Shown here: positions 21,349 to 30,590 of the stretch, piece by piece | How positions within the stretch are numbered: the first letter of the stretch is position 1 | Layout of the letters: each line of letters starts with the position of its first letter | Position numbers and translations under genes: made by a program | Notes under the pieces: generated by a model | The model's input: the letters and a program-made list of their open reading frames with translations, nothing else | Database searches by the model: none | Told to the model about the DNA's origin: nothing | Source: Deinococcus radiodurans R1 = ATCC 13939 = DSM 20539 | GTDB lineage: Bacteria; Deinococcota; Deinococci; Deinococcales; Deinococcaceae | DNA length: 32,000 nt | Assembly (NCBI RefSeq): GCF_000008565.1 | Contig: NC_001263.1 | Span: forward strand, 2,503,347-2,535,346 | Direction of reading: 5' to 3'

Positions 21349-22275
21349 TCAGGCGCTTCCCCGTATTCCCTGCCGCCGCTGCCGCAGCCGGGCGAGGCGG
21401 CCCAGGTTGTGCTGCATCTGTTCATTGCCGGGGTCTTTCACCGGGCGGCGTTCCCACAGCCAGTCGAGAATGAGCGCCAGCACTTCCTCGCGGTCACAGT
21501 CGTTGAGGAGTTCGTGATACCCACCCTTGAAGACCTTGAGCGCCTTGTCGGGGGTGTGAAGCTGCGCCACGAAGTCGGGCAGGCCGTCCATGTAGGACAC
21601 CTGATCGCCGGTGCCGTAGAAGACCAGCGTGGGCAGCGCCCAGTTCGAGTAGGTCGGCCAGAGCTGCTGCGAGAGCTGCATCATGGTGCTCGCGGTGAGC
21701 AAAGTGACCTGCCCCTGATAGATGCGCTCGTCGGCCTGGTACGCCGCCACCTCTTCCGGCAGCCGCGAGAGCCCCGCCTTGTTGATCGGCACGATGGCGA
21801 GCCCCGGCGCCAGCTTGGAGGCCAGCGGCAGCAGGTGCCGCACCAGGGCTATCTGATCTTGCCCGGCCTGGAGCATCGGGCTTGACAGGATGACGCCGCT
21901 GATGCCCTGTGGGTCGGCCATCACGCTGCCCGCCGTAAACAGGGCCCCGGCGCTGTGGGCAAAGAGGTAGAGCGGCAGGTCCGGGCAACGCTCCCGCAGG
22001 GCGGCGCGGGCGGCGAGGTGGTCGTCCACCTGCACGAAGGCGTCCACCATGCTCACCTCGCCCGGCGACGCGCCGTGACCGCGCAGGTCGTAGCTGTAGA
22101 CGCTGTAGCCCGCCGCGTTCAGCGCCGGAATCAGGCAGTGATAACGGTCCTGATACCGCTGCGCGTATTCGGCGAGTGCGTGCGTGAGCAGCACGGCGCC
22201 CGCCGGGTCGGCGACTTCCCAGGCATAACCGGCGACGGGGAGATGGGGAATGGTCCAGCTGTTCGGTTGGGTCAT
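21349..22275 (-). CDS. Alpha/beta hydrolase (lysophospholipase / monoacylglycerol-lipase-like)
   Basis: Nucleophile elbow FAHSAG, GTGDQV Asp region and GGYHELLND His region. Confidence 0.8.
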   Translation of the reverse strand: MTQPNSWTIPHLPVAGYAWEVADPAGAVLLTHALAEYAQRYQDRYHCLIPALNAAGYSVYSYDLRGHGASPGEVSMVDAFVQVDDHLAARAALRERCPDLPLYLFAHSAGALFTAGSVMADPQGISGVILSSPMLQAGQDQIALVRHLLPLASKLAPGLAIVPINKAGLSRLPEEVAAYQADERIYQGQVTLLTASTMMQLSQQLWPTYSNWALPTLVFYGTGDQVSYMDGLPDFVAQLHTPDKALKVFKGGYHELLNDCDREEVLALILDWLWERRPVKDPGNEQMQHNLGRLARLRQRRQGIRGSA

Positions 22276-22339
22276 GGGGTGCCGCTCAGAGTAGCCGACC
22301 GACTTTGACAGAAAATAAACAGTGGGCTATCCCCCCTTA

Positions 22340-22435
22340 GTCCCCCCACCCCCGACCTTAGACGGATTTCGCTCCATTCCAGCACAGTCGGAAAAGCGCC
22401 GCCTGTGCTTCCATATCGCGAAACCCGTCTTTTTT
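22340..22435 (+). ncRNA. Candidate small RNA (C-rich 5' segment plus intrinsic terminator)
   Basis: TTGACA (22305-22310), 17 nt, then TATCCC (22328-22333). This is followed by CCCCCCACCCCC (22342-22353), a long imperfect hairpin (22361-22429) and T6 (22430-22435). There is no plus-strand ORF. The -10 is weak. Confidence 0.25.
22361..22435 (+). terminator. Plus-strand intrinsic-terminator-like hairpin with a T6 tract
   Basis: Outer stem GACGGATTTCGC / GCGAAACCCGTC pairs at 11 of 12 positions. Inner stem AGCACAG / CTGTGCT. Then TTTTTT. Confidence 0.5.
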
Positions 22436-22518
22436 CCTACTCTGCTAAGCAGCTCTGCGAGTCACATCCGTTCGGATTGAATCCAAAGCAACTGGATTCC
22501 ATCGGAATTTGTATCACT

Positions 22519-23397
22519 TCAGTGCCCGCACCACCGTCGCCACGTTGTATTTGAGGGCTTTGAGGTAAGTTTCGCCGGCGCTGCCTGCGGCCCCAGCGCG
22601 TCGGTGTAGAGCGGCGGGGCAATCCGGGCGCCGGTTTCGCTCGCCAGCGTCTGTGCCAGGCGGGTGCTGACGGTGTTTTCGGTCAGGATGACTTTCGCGC
22701 CGCTTTTCTTGACGGCGCTCGCCAGAGTCGCAAGTTCGCGGGCACTCGGCTCGCGCTCGGTGCTCAGGCCAGGAATGACGGCGCCGATGACGGTCAGGCC
22801 ATAGCGCCGGGCGAAGTACCCCAGCGAGTCGTGGTGCGTGACTACCTTGCGCTGGCTTGCGGGCAGCGTGGCGAACTGTTTTTTGGCCCAGGCATCGGCA
22901 GCGCGAATCTGGGCCGAGTAAGCGGCGGCGTTTTTGGCATAGGTGGCCTGGCCCGCGGGGTCGGCAGCGCTCAGGGCGGTCTGCACGTTTTTCACGTACC
23001 CCAGCGCCAGTGAAGCGTCCCACCACGCGTGGGGGTCGGGTGCGCCGCCCTCTCCTCCAGCGTGCAGCTTGAGGCCCGCCGTCAGCTCCTTCACCGGCAC
23101 GCGCGGCGCGGCGGCCCGCAGCCGGGGCAGCCAGGGCTCCAGGCCCGCGCCGTTGGCAAACAGAACCTTGCTGCCCACCAGCGAGCGAATCACGCCGGTC
23201 GAGGGCTGAAAGGTATGGGCGTCGGCCCCGGCAGGCACGATCACGTTCACGTTGACCCGTGACCCGCCCACCTGCCGCACGAAGTCGGCCAGCAGACTGG
23301 TCGTCGCGCTGACCGGCAGCGGCGCCGCGGCGGCCTGTCCACTCCCCACACACGCAGCGGCGAGTAGGGCACACGCCATGAGCTTCCGGTTCTTCAT
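22519..23397 (-). CDS. Metal (Mn/Zn) ABC transporter substrate-binding protein, TroA/ZnuA/MntC family
   Basis: Signal peptide [16 protein letters not shown]. The ADAHTFQPS and PDPHAWWD metal-ligand regions are typical of cluster-A-I binding proteins. No permease or ATPase gene is adjacent. Confidence 0.85.
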   Translation of the reverse strand: MKNRKLMACALLAAACVGSGQAAAAPLPVSATTSLLADFVRQVGGSRVNVNVIVPAGADAHTFQPSTGVIRSLVGSKVLFANGAGLEPWLPRLRAAAPRVPVKELTAGLKLHAGGEGGAPDPHAWWDASLALGYVKNVQTALSAADPAGQATYAKNAAAYSAQIRAADAWAKKQFATLPASQRKVVTHHDSLGYFARRYGLTVIGAVIPGLSTEREPSARELATLASAVKKSGAKVILTENTVSTRLAQTLASETGARIAPPLYTDALGPQAAPAKLTSKPSNTTWRRWCGH

Positions 23398-23422
23398 GAT
23401 ATCACCTTATCAATTGGCGAGT

Positions 23423-23451
23423 AAAAAAAGGGAGAGCCGCTGGACTCTCCC
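23423..23451 (-). terminator. Rho-independent terminator of rpmB
   Basis: On the minus strand: GGGAGAG-tccagcgg-CTCTCCC followed by TTTTTTT. Confidence 0.8.
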
Positions 23452-23470
23452 CCAAAGAGCCTGACGGCCT

Positions 23471-23716
<246 letters not shown>

Positions 23717-23973
23717 GTTGGTACTCTCCTTGTTTGAGTTCAGACTGGAACGGGGTCAGGGACGGCGGCGTTCCCGGTTCTTTCTCCGGGGTCCGGTCCG
23801 CGTGCTGCTCCACTGTCCAGCCGGTTCCAGTGCCTGTTGCCCATCCGCGCTGCGGGCAGGCGACACCAAACCCTATCTTAACCTACTGGCGAGCCCGAAA
23901 GATAGACCTGGGGCGCGGAGCCTTCGCCACTCCCTGCTGTGGCCCGCACCGGCATCGGGTCGTCATGTGGCCG

Positions 23974-25305
23974 TCACGTCACCGGACGCGAGCTGTCGAT
24001 TTCACGGCCCTCGCCGCGTTCCTCGCTCGCCACGTCGGGCTCGGTGGTCGGCAGGTCCTCGCCGTTCAGCGCCCGCGTCAGGCGGTTCATGTCCACGGCG
24101 TTCTCGCTGCGGGCCACCACCAGCGTCGCCACCGCGTTCCCGATGAAGTTGGTCAGGGCGCGCGCCTCGCTCATGAAGCGGTCGATGCCCAGAATCAGCG
24201 CCATGCCTGCCACCGGCACGTGCCCGACAGCGCCGAGCGTGGCGGCCAGGGTGATAAAGCCGCTCCCCGTCACGCCCGCCGCGCCCTTGGAGGTCAGCAG
24301 CAGCACCGCCAGCAGGCTGAGCTGCTCGCCGAGGCCCAGCGGCGTGTTCGTCGCCTGCGCGATGAAGAGCGCGGCCATCGTGAGGTAAATGCTGGTGCCG
24401 TCAAGGTTGAACGAGTACCCGGTGGGCACCACCAGCCCCACCACGCTCTTCTCGGCCCCGGCATGCTCCAGTTTCATCATCAGGCGGGGCAGCGCCGACT
24501 CGCTCGAACTCGTGCCCAGCACGATCAGCAGTTCTTCGCGGATGTAGCGAATCAGCTTGAAGATGCTGAAGCCCGCCGCCCGCGCAATCAGCCCCAGCAC
24601 CACGAAGATGAACAGCAAACAGGTGAGGTAGAAGCTGCCCATCAGGTAGCCGAGGCTGGTGAGCGATTTGAGACCGTATTTACCCACGGTAAACGCCATC
24701 GCCCCAAACGCCCCGATAGGTGCCAGGCGCATGATGAACCCCAGAATCACGAAGACAACCTGATTCAGAGCGTCAATGCCGTAAAGAATCTGGTCGCCGA
24801 GCTTGCCGAGCCGCATCAGGGCGAAACCGAACAACAGCGCAACCAGCAGCACCGGCAGCAGTTCGCCGCCCGTAAAGGCGCTGACCAGGGTATCAGGGAT
24901 GATCTTGAGGATATGGTCCCATACTGTCATTTCCCCGGCGGCCTCGGTGTACTTCGTCAGGCCCGCCGTGTCGAGGGTGGCGGGGTCCACGTTCATGCCC
25001 GCACCGGGCCGCAGCACGTTCATCACCACCATGCCGATAATCAGCGCCAGCGTTGAGACGACCTCGAAATAGATCAGCGCCTTGCCGCCCACCCGGCCCA
25101 CCTTGCGGGTGTCGCGCATGTGCGCCACGCCGCTCACCACGGTAGCGAAGATAATCGGCGCAATCACCATTTTGATCAGCTTGACGAAGATGTCGCCGAG
25201 CGGCTTGAGGGCCTCTCCAAACTTGGGAAACAATGCACCGACCAGAATGCCGAGCACGATGGCGATGATGACCTGAACATACAGACTGCGGAATATCTTG
25301 GGCAT
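23974..25305 (-). CDS. dctA: C4-dicarboxylate / dicarboxylate-amino-acid:cation symporter (DAACS family)
   Basis: [38 protein letters not shown] are typical of DctA. The start is set at ATG 25305 with a GAGGAG SD. The track start is 25365. Confidence 0.9.
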   Translation of the reverse strand: MPKIFRSLYVQVIIAIVLGILVGALFPKFGEALKPLGDIFVKLIKMVIAPIIFATVVSGVAHMRDTRKVGRVGGKALIYFEVVSTLALIIGMVVMNVLRPGAGMNVDPATLDTAGLTKYTEAAGEMTVWDHILKIIPDTLVSAFTGGELLPVLLVALLFGFALMRLGKLGDQILYGIDALNQVVFVILGFIMRLAPIGAFGAMAFTVGKYGLKSLTSLGYLMGSFYLTCLLFIFVVLGLIARAAGFSIFKLIRYIREELLIVLGTSSSESALPRLMMKLEHAGAEKSVVGLVVPTGYSFNLDGTSIYLTMAALFIAQATNTPLGLGEQLSLLAVLLLTSKGAAGVTGSGFITLAATLGAVGHVPVAGMALILGIDRFMSEARALTNFIGNAVATLVVARSENAVDMNRLTRALNGEDLPTTEPDVASEERGEGREIDSSRPVT

Positions 25306-25511
25306 GACTTCTCCTCGGCGGGTGGCAGGCGGACCTAGACCCACCCTCCCATTCATATGAACCACCGGCTTGCACAGACACGGCAGCGATCTTTGGAATG
25401 TGAGGAATATAAAACTTTTGCTTTAAGGCCGCCGGCTGCTGTCTCCTCCACAGGAACGCGGGAGGCGAACTCCATTTGCCACTTTGGCGCGGTGGTACGC
25501 TCAGGAGCGAT

Positions 25512-26918
25512 ATGGATACCTTTGACGTTCTGGTGATTGGGGGCGGCCCCGCGGGGTACGTGGCGGCCATTCGTGCGGCGCAGCTCGGGTTCAAAACGGC
25601 CTGTGTGGACGCCTTCGAGCGGGGCGGCAAGCCCAGCCTGGGCGGCACCTGCCTGAACGTGGGCTGCATTCCCAGCAAGGCGCTGCTCGATTCCTCCGAG
25701 CGCTTCGAGATGATTTCGCACGACACCGCCGAGCACGGCATTCAGGTGGCCCAGCCTCAGATCGATGTCAGCAAGATGCTCGCCCGCAAGGACGGCGTGG
25801 TGGACAAGCTGACCGGCGGCGTCGCTTTCCTCTTCAGGAAGAACAAGGTCACGTCCTTCCACGGCTACGGCAAGCTCGTGCGCCAGGACGGCCAGGAGTG
25901 GGTCGTGGACGCAGCGGGCACCGAAGTCAAGGCCAAGAACGTGATCGTGGCAACGGGCAGCAACCCCCGCGCCCTGCCCGGTGTGCCCTTCGGCGGCCAC
26001 ATCGTGGAAAACAGCGGCGCCCTGCAAATTGACCAGGTACCCGGCAAGCTCGGCGTGATCGGCGCGGGCGTGATCGGCCTCGAACTCGGCAGCGTGTGGC
26101 GGCGCCTCGGCGCTCAGGTGACCATCCTCGAAGCGATGCCCGGCTTCCTGATGGCCGCCGACGACGCGATTGCCAAAGAAGCCCTCAAACAGTTCCAGAA
26201 GCAGGGCCTCGACTTCCACTTCGGCGTCAAGATCGGCGAAATCAAGCAGGACGACAGCGGCGTGACTGTCACCTATGAGGAAAACGGCTCGCAGGTGACC
26301 GCGCAGTTCGACAAGCTGATCGTGTCCATTGGCCGCGTGCCCAACACCGGGGGCCTGAACGCCGACGGCGTGGGTCTGGCGCTCGACGAGCGCGGCTTCG
26401 TCAAGGTGGACCAGCACTACCGCACCAACCTCCCCGGCGTGTACGCCATCGGCGACGTGATCGGCGGCGCCATGCTGGCGCACAAGGCCGAGGAAGAAGG
26501 CGTGGCGCTCGCCGAAATGATCGCCGGACAGGCCGGGCACGTGAACTACGACGTGATTCCCTGGATCATCTACACCAGCCCTGAAATCGCCTGGGCAGGC
26601 CTGACCGAGAAGCAGGCCAAGGAACGCGGCCTGAATGTCAAGACCGGGCAGTTCCCCTTCAGCGCCAACGGACGCGCCCTGGGCCACGGCGACCCGCGCG
26701 GCTTCGTCAAGGTCGTGGCCGACGCCCAGACCGACAAGCTGCTCGGCGTGCACATGATCGGCGGTGGCGTGTCGGAACTCATCGGCGAAATCGTCGCCAT
26801 CATGGAATTCGGTGGCAGCGCCGAGGACCTCGCCCGCACCATCCACGCCCACCCCACGCTCTCCGAAGTGGTCAAGGAAGCGGCGCTGGCGGTGGACAAG
26901 CGCGCCATTCACATGTGA
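25512..26918 (+). CDS. lpdA: Dihydrolipoyl dehydrogenase (E3)
   Basis: FAD motif VIGGGPAGY, redox-active disulfide [13 protein letters not shown] and C-terminal [13 protein letters not shown] lies 4 nt before ATG 25512. Confidence 0.95.
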   Translation: MDTFDVLVIGGGPAGYVAAIRAAQLGFKTACVDAFERGGKPSLGGTCLNVGCIPSKALLDSSERFEMISHDTAEHGIQVAQPQIDVSKMLARKDGVVDKLTGGVAFLFRKNKVTSFHGYGKLVRQDGQEWVVDAAGTEVKAKNVIVATGSNPRALPGVPFGGHIVENSGALQIDQVPGKLGVIGAGVIGLELGSVWRRLGAQVTILEAMPGFLMAADDAIAKEALKQFQKQGLDFHFGVKIGEIKQDDSGVTVTYEENGSQVTAQFDKLIVSIGRVPNTGGLNADGVGLALDERGFVKVDQHYRTNLPGVYAIGDVIGGAMLAHKAEEEGVALAEMIAGQAGHVNYDVIPWIIYTSPEIAWAGLTEKQAKERGLNVKTGQFPFSANGRALGHGDPRGFVKVVADAQTDKLLGVHMIGGGVSELIGEIVAIMEFGGSAEDLARTIHAHPTLSEVVKEAALAVDKRAIHM

Positions 26919-26933
26919 TCTGAGGAAAACAGG

Positions 26934-26975
26934 GGGCAGAGGGGAAGGCGATGTTCCCTCTGCCCTCTTCTCTTG
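26934..26975 (+). terminator. Terminator of lpdA
   Basis: 10-bp stem GGGCAGAGGG / CCCTCTGCCC (26934-26943 / 26956-26965), followed by TCTTCTCTT. Confidence 0.55.
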
Positions 26976-26998
26976 ACCCTAGCTTTCCGCTGTCCCCC

Positions 26999-27027
26999 TT
27001 GACGAACACATGATGTCCCTGTATCTT
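26999..27027 (+). promoter_or_regulatory. Candidate promoter for tRNA-Glu
   Basis: TTGACG (26999-27004), a 17-nt spacer, then TATCTT (27022-27027). It lies about 60 nt upstream of the mature tRNA 5' end. Confidence 0.4.
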
Positions 27028-27087
27028 TCTGTGCGTGCCGGAAACGGCGCCCCTTGAAAGGCAGAAGAGTTTAAACCCCCTTCTGAA

Positions 27088-27167
<80 letters not shown>

Positions 27168-27170
27168 AAA

Positions 27171-27203
27171 CCGCGCTCTCCTCGTGAGGGCGCGGCTTTT
27201 TTT
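27171..27203 (+). terminator. Rho-independent terminator after tRNA-Glu
   Basis: CCGCGCTCTC-ctcgt-GAGGGCGCGG (10 bp including one G-U pair), followed by CTTTTTTT. Confidence 0.8.
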
Positions 27204-27218
27204 GTGCTCCTAGTAAGC

Positions 27219-27240
27219 AAAAAAAGCCAGCGCACTGGCT
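27219..27240 (-). terminator. Terminator of the small lipoprotein gene
   Basis: On the minus strand: AGCCAG-tgcg-CTGGCT followed by TTTTTTT, 27 nt after the stop. Confidence 0.6.
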
Positions 27241-27266
27241 GGCCTTCTTGTTGAAAACCGAACTGC

Positions 27267-27731
27267 TCAGCGCGCCGCAGTAAGGTCGTAGTTGTTGAGC
27301 ACGACCGTCTGGATATCGCCGTTCGCGTCGTTGCGAATGTTCCAGCCGTACTTGACGCCGCTGTAGACATAGTTGTCGCGCGGCGCGTAGATCAGGCTCT
27401 TGCCGTTGTGGCGGCTGAGCACCACGTCGCCGCTGTCGTAGGCGTTGTTGTTGTTGGCGTCGCGGAAGACGATCAGGCGGTAGACGCCCGACTGCACGTT
27501 GCGCGGCAGGGCAAAGGTATAGCCGCCGGTCAGCACCTTGTCGATCACCTGGGCGCGGCGACCGTCGGCGACGTACTGACTGTTGTTGAAGCCGACCAGC
27601 GCGAGGCGCAGGTTCTGGTCGCTGTTGAAGCCGTTCAATTGACCCGACACGACGGCGGCGCGGGTGCCGACCACACTGCAAGAGCTGAGGGCCACAGTAC
27701 CGAGAAGAGCGAGCGTCAGTGCTTTTTTCAT
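27267..27731 (-). CDS. Small lipoprotein of unknown function (beta-sandwich-like)
   Basis: Start at ATG 27731 with an AAGGAG SD. Lipobox MKKALTLALLGTVALSSC. 154 aa, with no family recognised by eye. Confidence 0.75.
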   Translation of the reverse strand: MKKALTLALLGTVALSSCSVVGTRAAVVSGQLNGFNSDQNLRLALVGFNNSQYVADGRRAQVIDKVLTGGYTFALPRNVQSGVYRLIVFRDANNNNAYDSGDVVLSRHNGKSLIYAPRDNYVYSGVKYGWNIRNDANGDIQTVVLNNYDLTAAR

Positions 27732-27804
27732 GGGAATGCTCCTTTGCCGCACGGAAGCGCGGCCCGGGTCCAGGGTGTTGGGGCGGGTGCCCGGAATGAT
27801 CTTC

Positions 27805-27833
27805 AGGCTACAAATGCCCTCAGGGCCGGACAA
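27805..27833 (-). promoter_or_regulatory. Candidate promoter of the small lipoprotein gene
   Basis: On the minus strand: TTGTCC (27833-27828), a 17-nt spacer, then TAGCCT (27810-27805). Confidence 0.3.
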
Positions 27834-27896
27834 GGGCCGCTTCCTTTATCCTTCGCTCGCACATTGGGCGGGGGAAGCCTGAGCATTTGACATAGC

Positions 27897-27951
27897 AAAG
27901 ACCCCTCACCCCTGCCTTTGGCAGGCCCTCTCCCCTGGGTAGAGGGTCAAA
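27897..27951 (-). repeat. Structured small intergenic repeat, copy 2 (inverted relative to copy 1)
   Basis: The reverse complement reads TTTGACCCTCTACCCAGGGGAGAGGGCC-CCTGCCaaaGGCAGG-GGTGAGGGGTCTTT. It lies about 110 nt downstream of the DUF937-like gene's stop. Confidence 0.7.
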
Positions 27952-28059
27952 CAGCGCCAGATAATTCTCTTGTCAAACGCTCTAGGCACTAACGGAAGAA
28001 GGGACACCTGCAAGTGTCTGCCGCAGGTGCCCCAGGATGTCAGAGGACTGCAGGTCAGC

Positions 28060-30429
28060 TCAGCGGGCGCGGACCTTGAGGTTCAGGGTCGAGTCGGCGG
28101 GAGCGCTGGCGCTGGTGCCGCTGGCACGCACTTCGTAGATCACGTCGTTGACGGTGCCGGAGCGGCCACCGGGGTCACTGCTGTAGCTCCAGGTGCAGCC
28201 GCTGCTCAGCGGAATTTCCTTGGTGCCCACGATGCGGCCCGCACGGCGCACGGTTACGGTGTAGCCGCTGCCGCTGCCCACGCCGCCGAAACGGAAGGGG
28301 GCGGTCACGGTTTCGCCGTCGTTCACGCTGACCGACAGGTCCTGCGAGCACTTGCCGGTCGCCGTGCCCGCCGTGATGGTCAGGGGCAGGCTGGCGACCT
28401 GCTCGCCGCCGCTGTCCTGAATGGTGTAGGTCTTGCTGCCCTCGGTCGGCGCGGCCACGTCGGCACTCCACGTGCCGTCGTCACCCACCTTGAAGGTGCC
28501 CACGCTGGTGCCGTCTTCGAGCAGTTCGTAGGTTTCGCCCGCCTTGCCGGTGCCGGTCAGGTTGAAGCCGGTGGCCGGCACTTCGGCGTCCCTGGCCGGT
28601 TCGCTGACGACGAAGTCACCGCTGCTGGCCGTTCCCGCAGTGCCCTCACTGTCGGTGCTGCCTGCATTGGCGTCGCTGTCGGTGCTGCCGGTGCCGCTCG
28701 CCGCCGCGTCCGTATCGGTGACGTTCACCTTGAACTCGGTCTTGGCGCCTTCGCCGCCGATGACGCTGTAGGTGTGCTCGCCAGCCGTCGGGGCGGGGAT
28801 GTCGGCGGTCCAGTTGCCCTCGCCGTCGGCGGTGGACTCGGCGACGGTCTGGCCTTCGTCCTCGATCTTGAGGTGCATGTTGGGGGCCGCCGTGCCGCTC
28901 ATGGTGAAGGGCTTGGCCGGCAGGTTGCTGCCCGACTCGGCGGGGGTGGTCACGATGATGCCGCTGTCCTGCGCCGTCGTGCCGGTCGTGCTGGTGTTGG
29001 TCTGTGTCGTCTGGTTCTGGGTGGTCTTGTTTTGGTTGTTCAGAAGCCAGCAGCCACCGAGCAGCAGCGGAATGAGCAGCAGCCACCAGGGGGACACGCC
29101 CCGGCGGGGCGGAACGGGCGGAACAGCCGCCGTGGTGGTCGTGGTGACCGGCGTGCTGGGGGGCGGCGGAGGCGTGACGGGCGGGGCCGACTCGACCACT
29201 TTGGGCGTCGCTGCCGCCACGACTTCCTGGGTCGCCGGTGGCTGAGCAGCGGCAGTGACCGGAGCGGGAGAGGTCTGAGCTGCCGCGCCGGTGCTGAGCA
29301 GCCCGGCGATGCCGCCCATACCGGCGGGAATCAGGTCCGGCAGCTTGTCCTGCATGGCCCCCAGCAGGCCGCTCAGGACCAACGGGCTCATGCGCGAGCT
29401 GCGGGCGAGGCGGCCCAGGACCGCGAGCACCAGCGGCGTGAGCAGCGCGAGCAGGCGACCCGCGTTGGCCCCGCTGCCACTCAGCGCCGTGCCCAGGCGT
29501 CCGGTCAGGGCGTCCACGTTGCCGTAAAGCTGGCCCAGCACGCCCCGGCCCTGGCCTTCGAGCCGCGCCATTTCCGCGCTGTCGGACAGCAGCCCAGCGT
29601 CCAGGCGCCCGCCCTCACCGGCAAGGCGGTCGAGGTCCTGGCTGTTGCTGAGCAGTTCCGCCGCGCCCGCCTCGGTCCGGCCCCGGCTGATCCAGGGCGC
29701 TGAGCACCACCGGCAGGGCGCCCTGCACGGCCTTGCCCGCCGTGGCGCCGCTGAAGCCCGCCGCGCGGCCAATGCGGTCGGCGTTTTCGCCGCTGAACTC
29801 GCTACGCAGGGTGTCGAGCAGGCTGCTGGGGGTAATGGCCCCCGGCGCGAGCTGCGCCGCCGTGACGCCGTTGGCGGGAGGAGGCGGGGGCACGGCGGCG
29901 CCGGCCACGCCAGCCGCACTGGTGCCCACCGCAGCGGCCCCGGCAGCGAGTCCCGCGCCGAGGTCGAGGTCGCCCAGGCCACCGCGCAGGCCGCCGAGCA
30001 CGCTCTCGGCGCTCGCCGCGTCCAAGCCCTGACGGCCCAGCAGGCTCAACACGAGCGGGACGCCATGTTCATGACCTTCTGCACGCCGCCCACGCTGCCA
30101 CCCACCCGACGGGTGACCTGCTGCACGATGTCCTCGGCCTGGGTGCCGAGCAGGGCCGGCGCGAGCAGTTCGCCCGCCCGTTGCAGGTCGAGTGCCCCGC
30201 TGGACGTGTTCAGGGCGTCTTGCACCGAACCGAAGCGCGGCAGGTTGCTGACCGCCTCACCGATTTGCGAGCGGCCTTCAGGCGTCTGGGCATGGGCGGC
30301 GAGCGCGTCGAGTTGCAGCGGCAGCCCCAGGCTCAGCGCCCGCTGGGTGAGGGTGGGGTCGAGTCCGGCCACCTGCCCGAGCTGAGCGACGGCTTGCTGA
30401 TCGAAATACGACTGAATGATGTCCTTCAT
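28060..30429 (-). pseudogene. Large DUF937-like / proline-rich / single-TM / Ig-like-repeat protein gene, interrupted by two frameshifts as given
   Basis: Three ORF pieces (30046-30429, 29615-30052, 28060-29982) read through logically: ..[19 protein letters not shown].. near 30047-30060 and ..[23 protein letters not shown].. near 29680-29705. GGAGG lies 4 nt before ATG 30429. Confidence 0.7.
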
Positions 30430-30590
30430 ACGTCCTCCGGTGAAGCTGAGCAGACAACGGACCGGCGAGCAGTCCAGACTGAACAAGGGTATCTTTTCAC
30501 AGTTCGCCGGTCTGCCCCCACCCTCTAAACGTTTCTTTAGCCGCGCTCAGAGCCGCTTTTGCCGCCGCGCCAGGGAGTAGGCTGCTGGAC

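Noticed and set aside
22331-22360. G-runs on the minus strand (GGGGGTGGGGGGACTAAGGGGGG) as a possible G-quadruplex.
   Set aside because: There are only three long G-tracts. A canonical four-tract, three-tetrad G4 with loops of at least 1 nt cannot be drawn from them.
23734-26912. 440-aa plus-strand ORF opposite dctA and 519-aa minus-strand ORF opposite lpdA.
   Set aside because: They are antisense shadows of two unambiguous genes, with no independent signals.
27970-29703. 577-aa plus-strand ORF opposite the DUF937/Ig-like gene, plus several 100-300-aa ORFs elsewhere (8913-9809, 9816-10709, 20454-21302, 22514-23374).
   Set aside because: All overlap better-supported genes on the other strand or in another frame, and all have Arg/Gly/Pro-rich compositions typical of off-frame high-GC translation.
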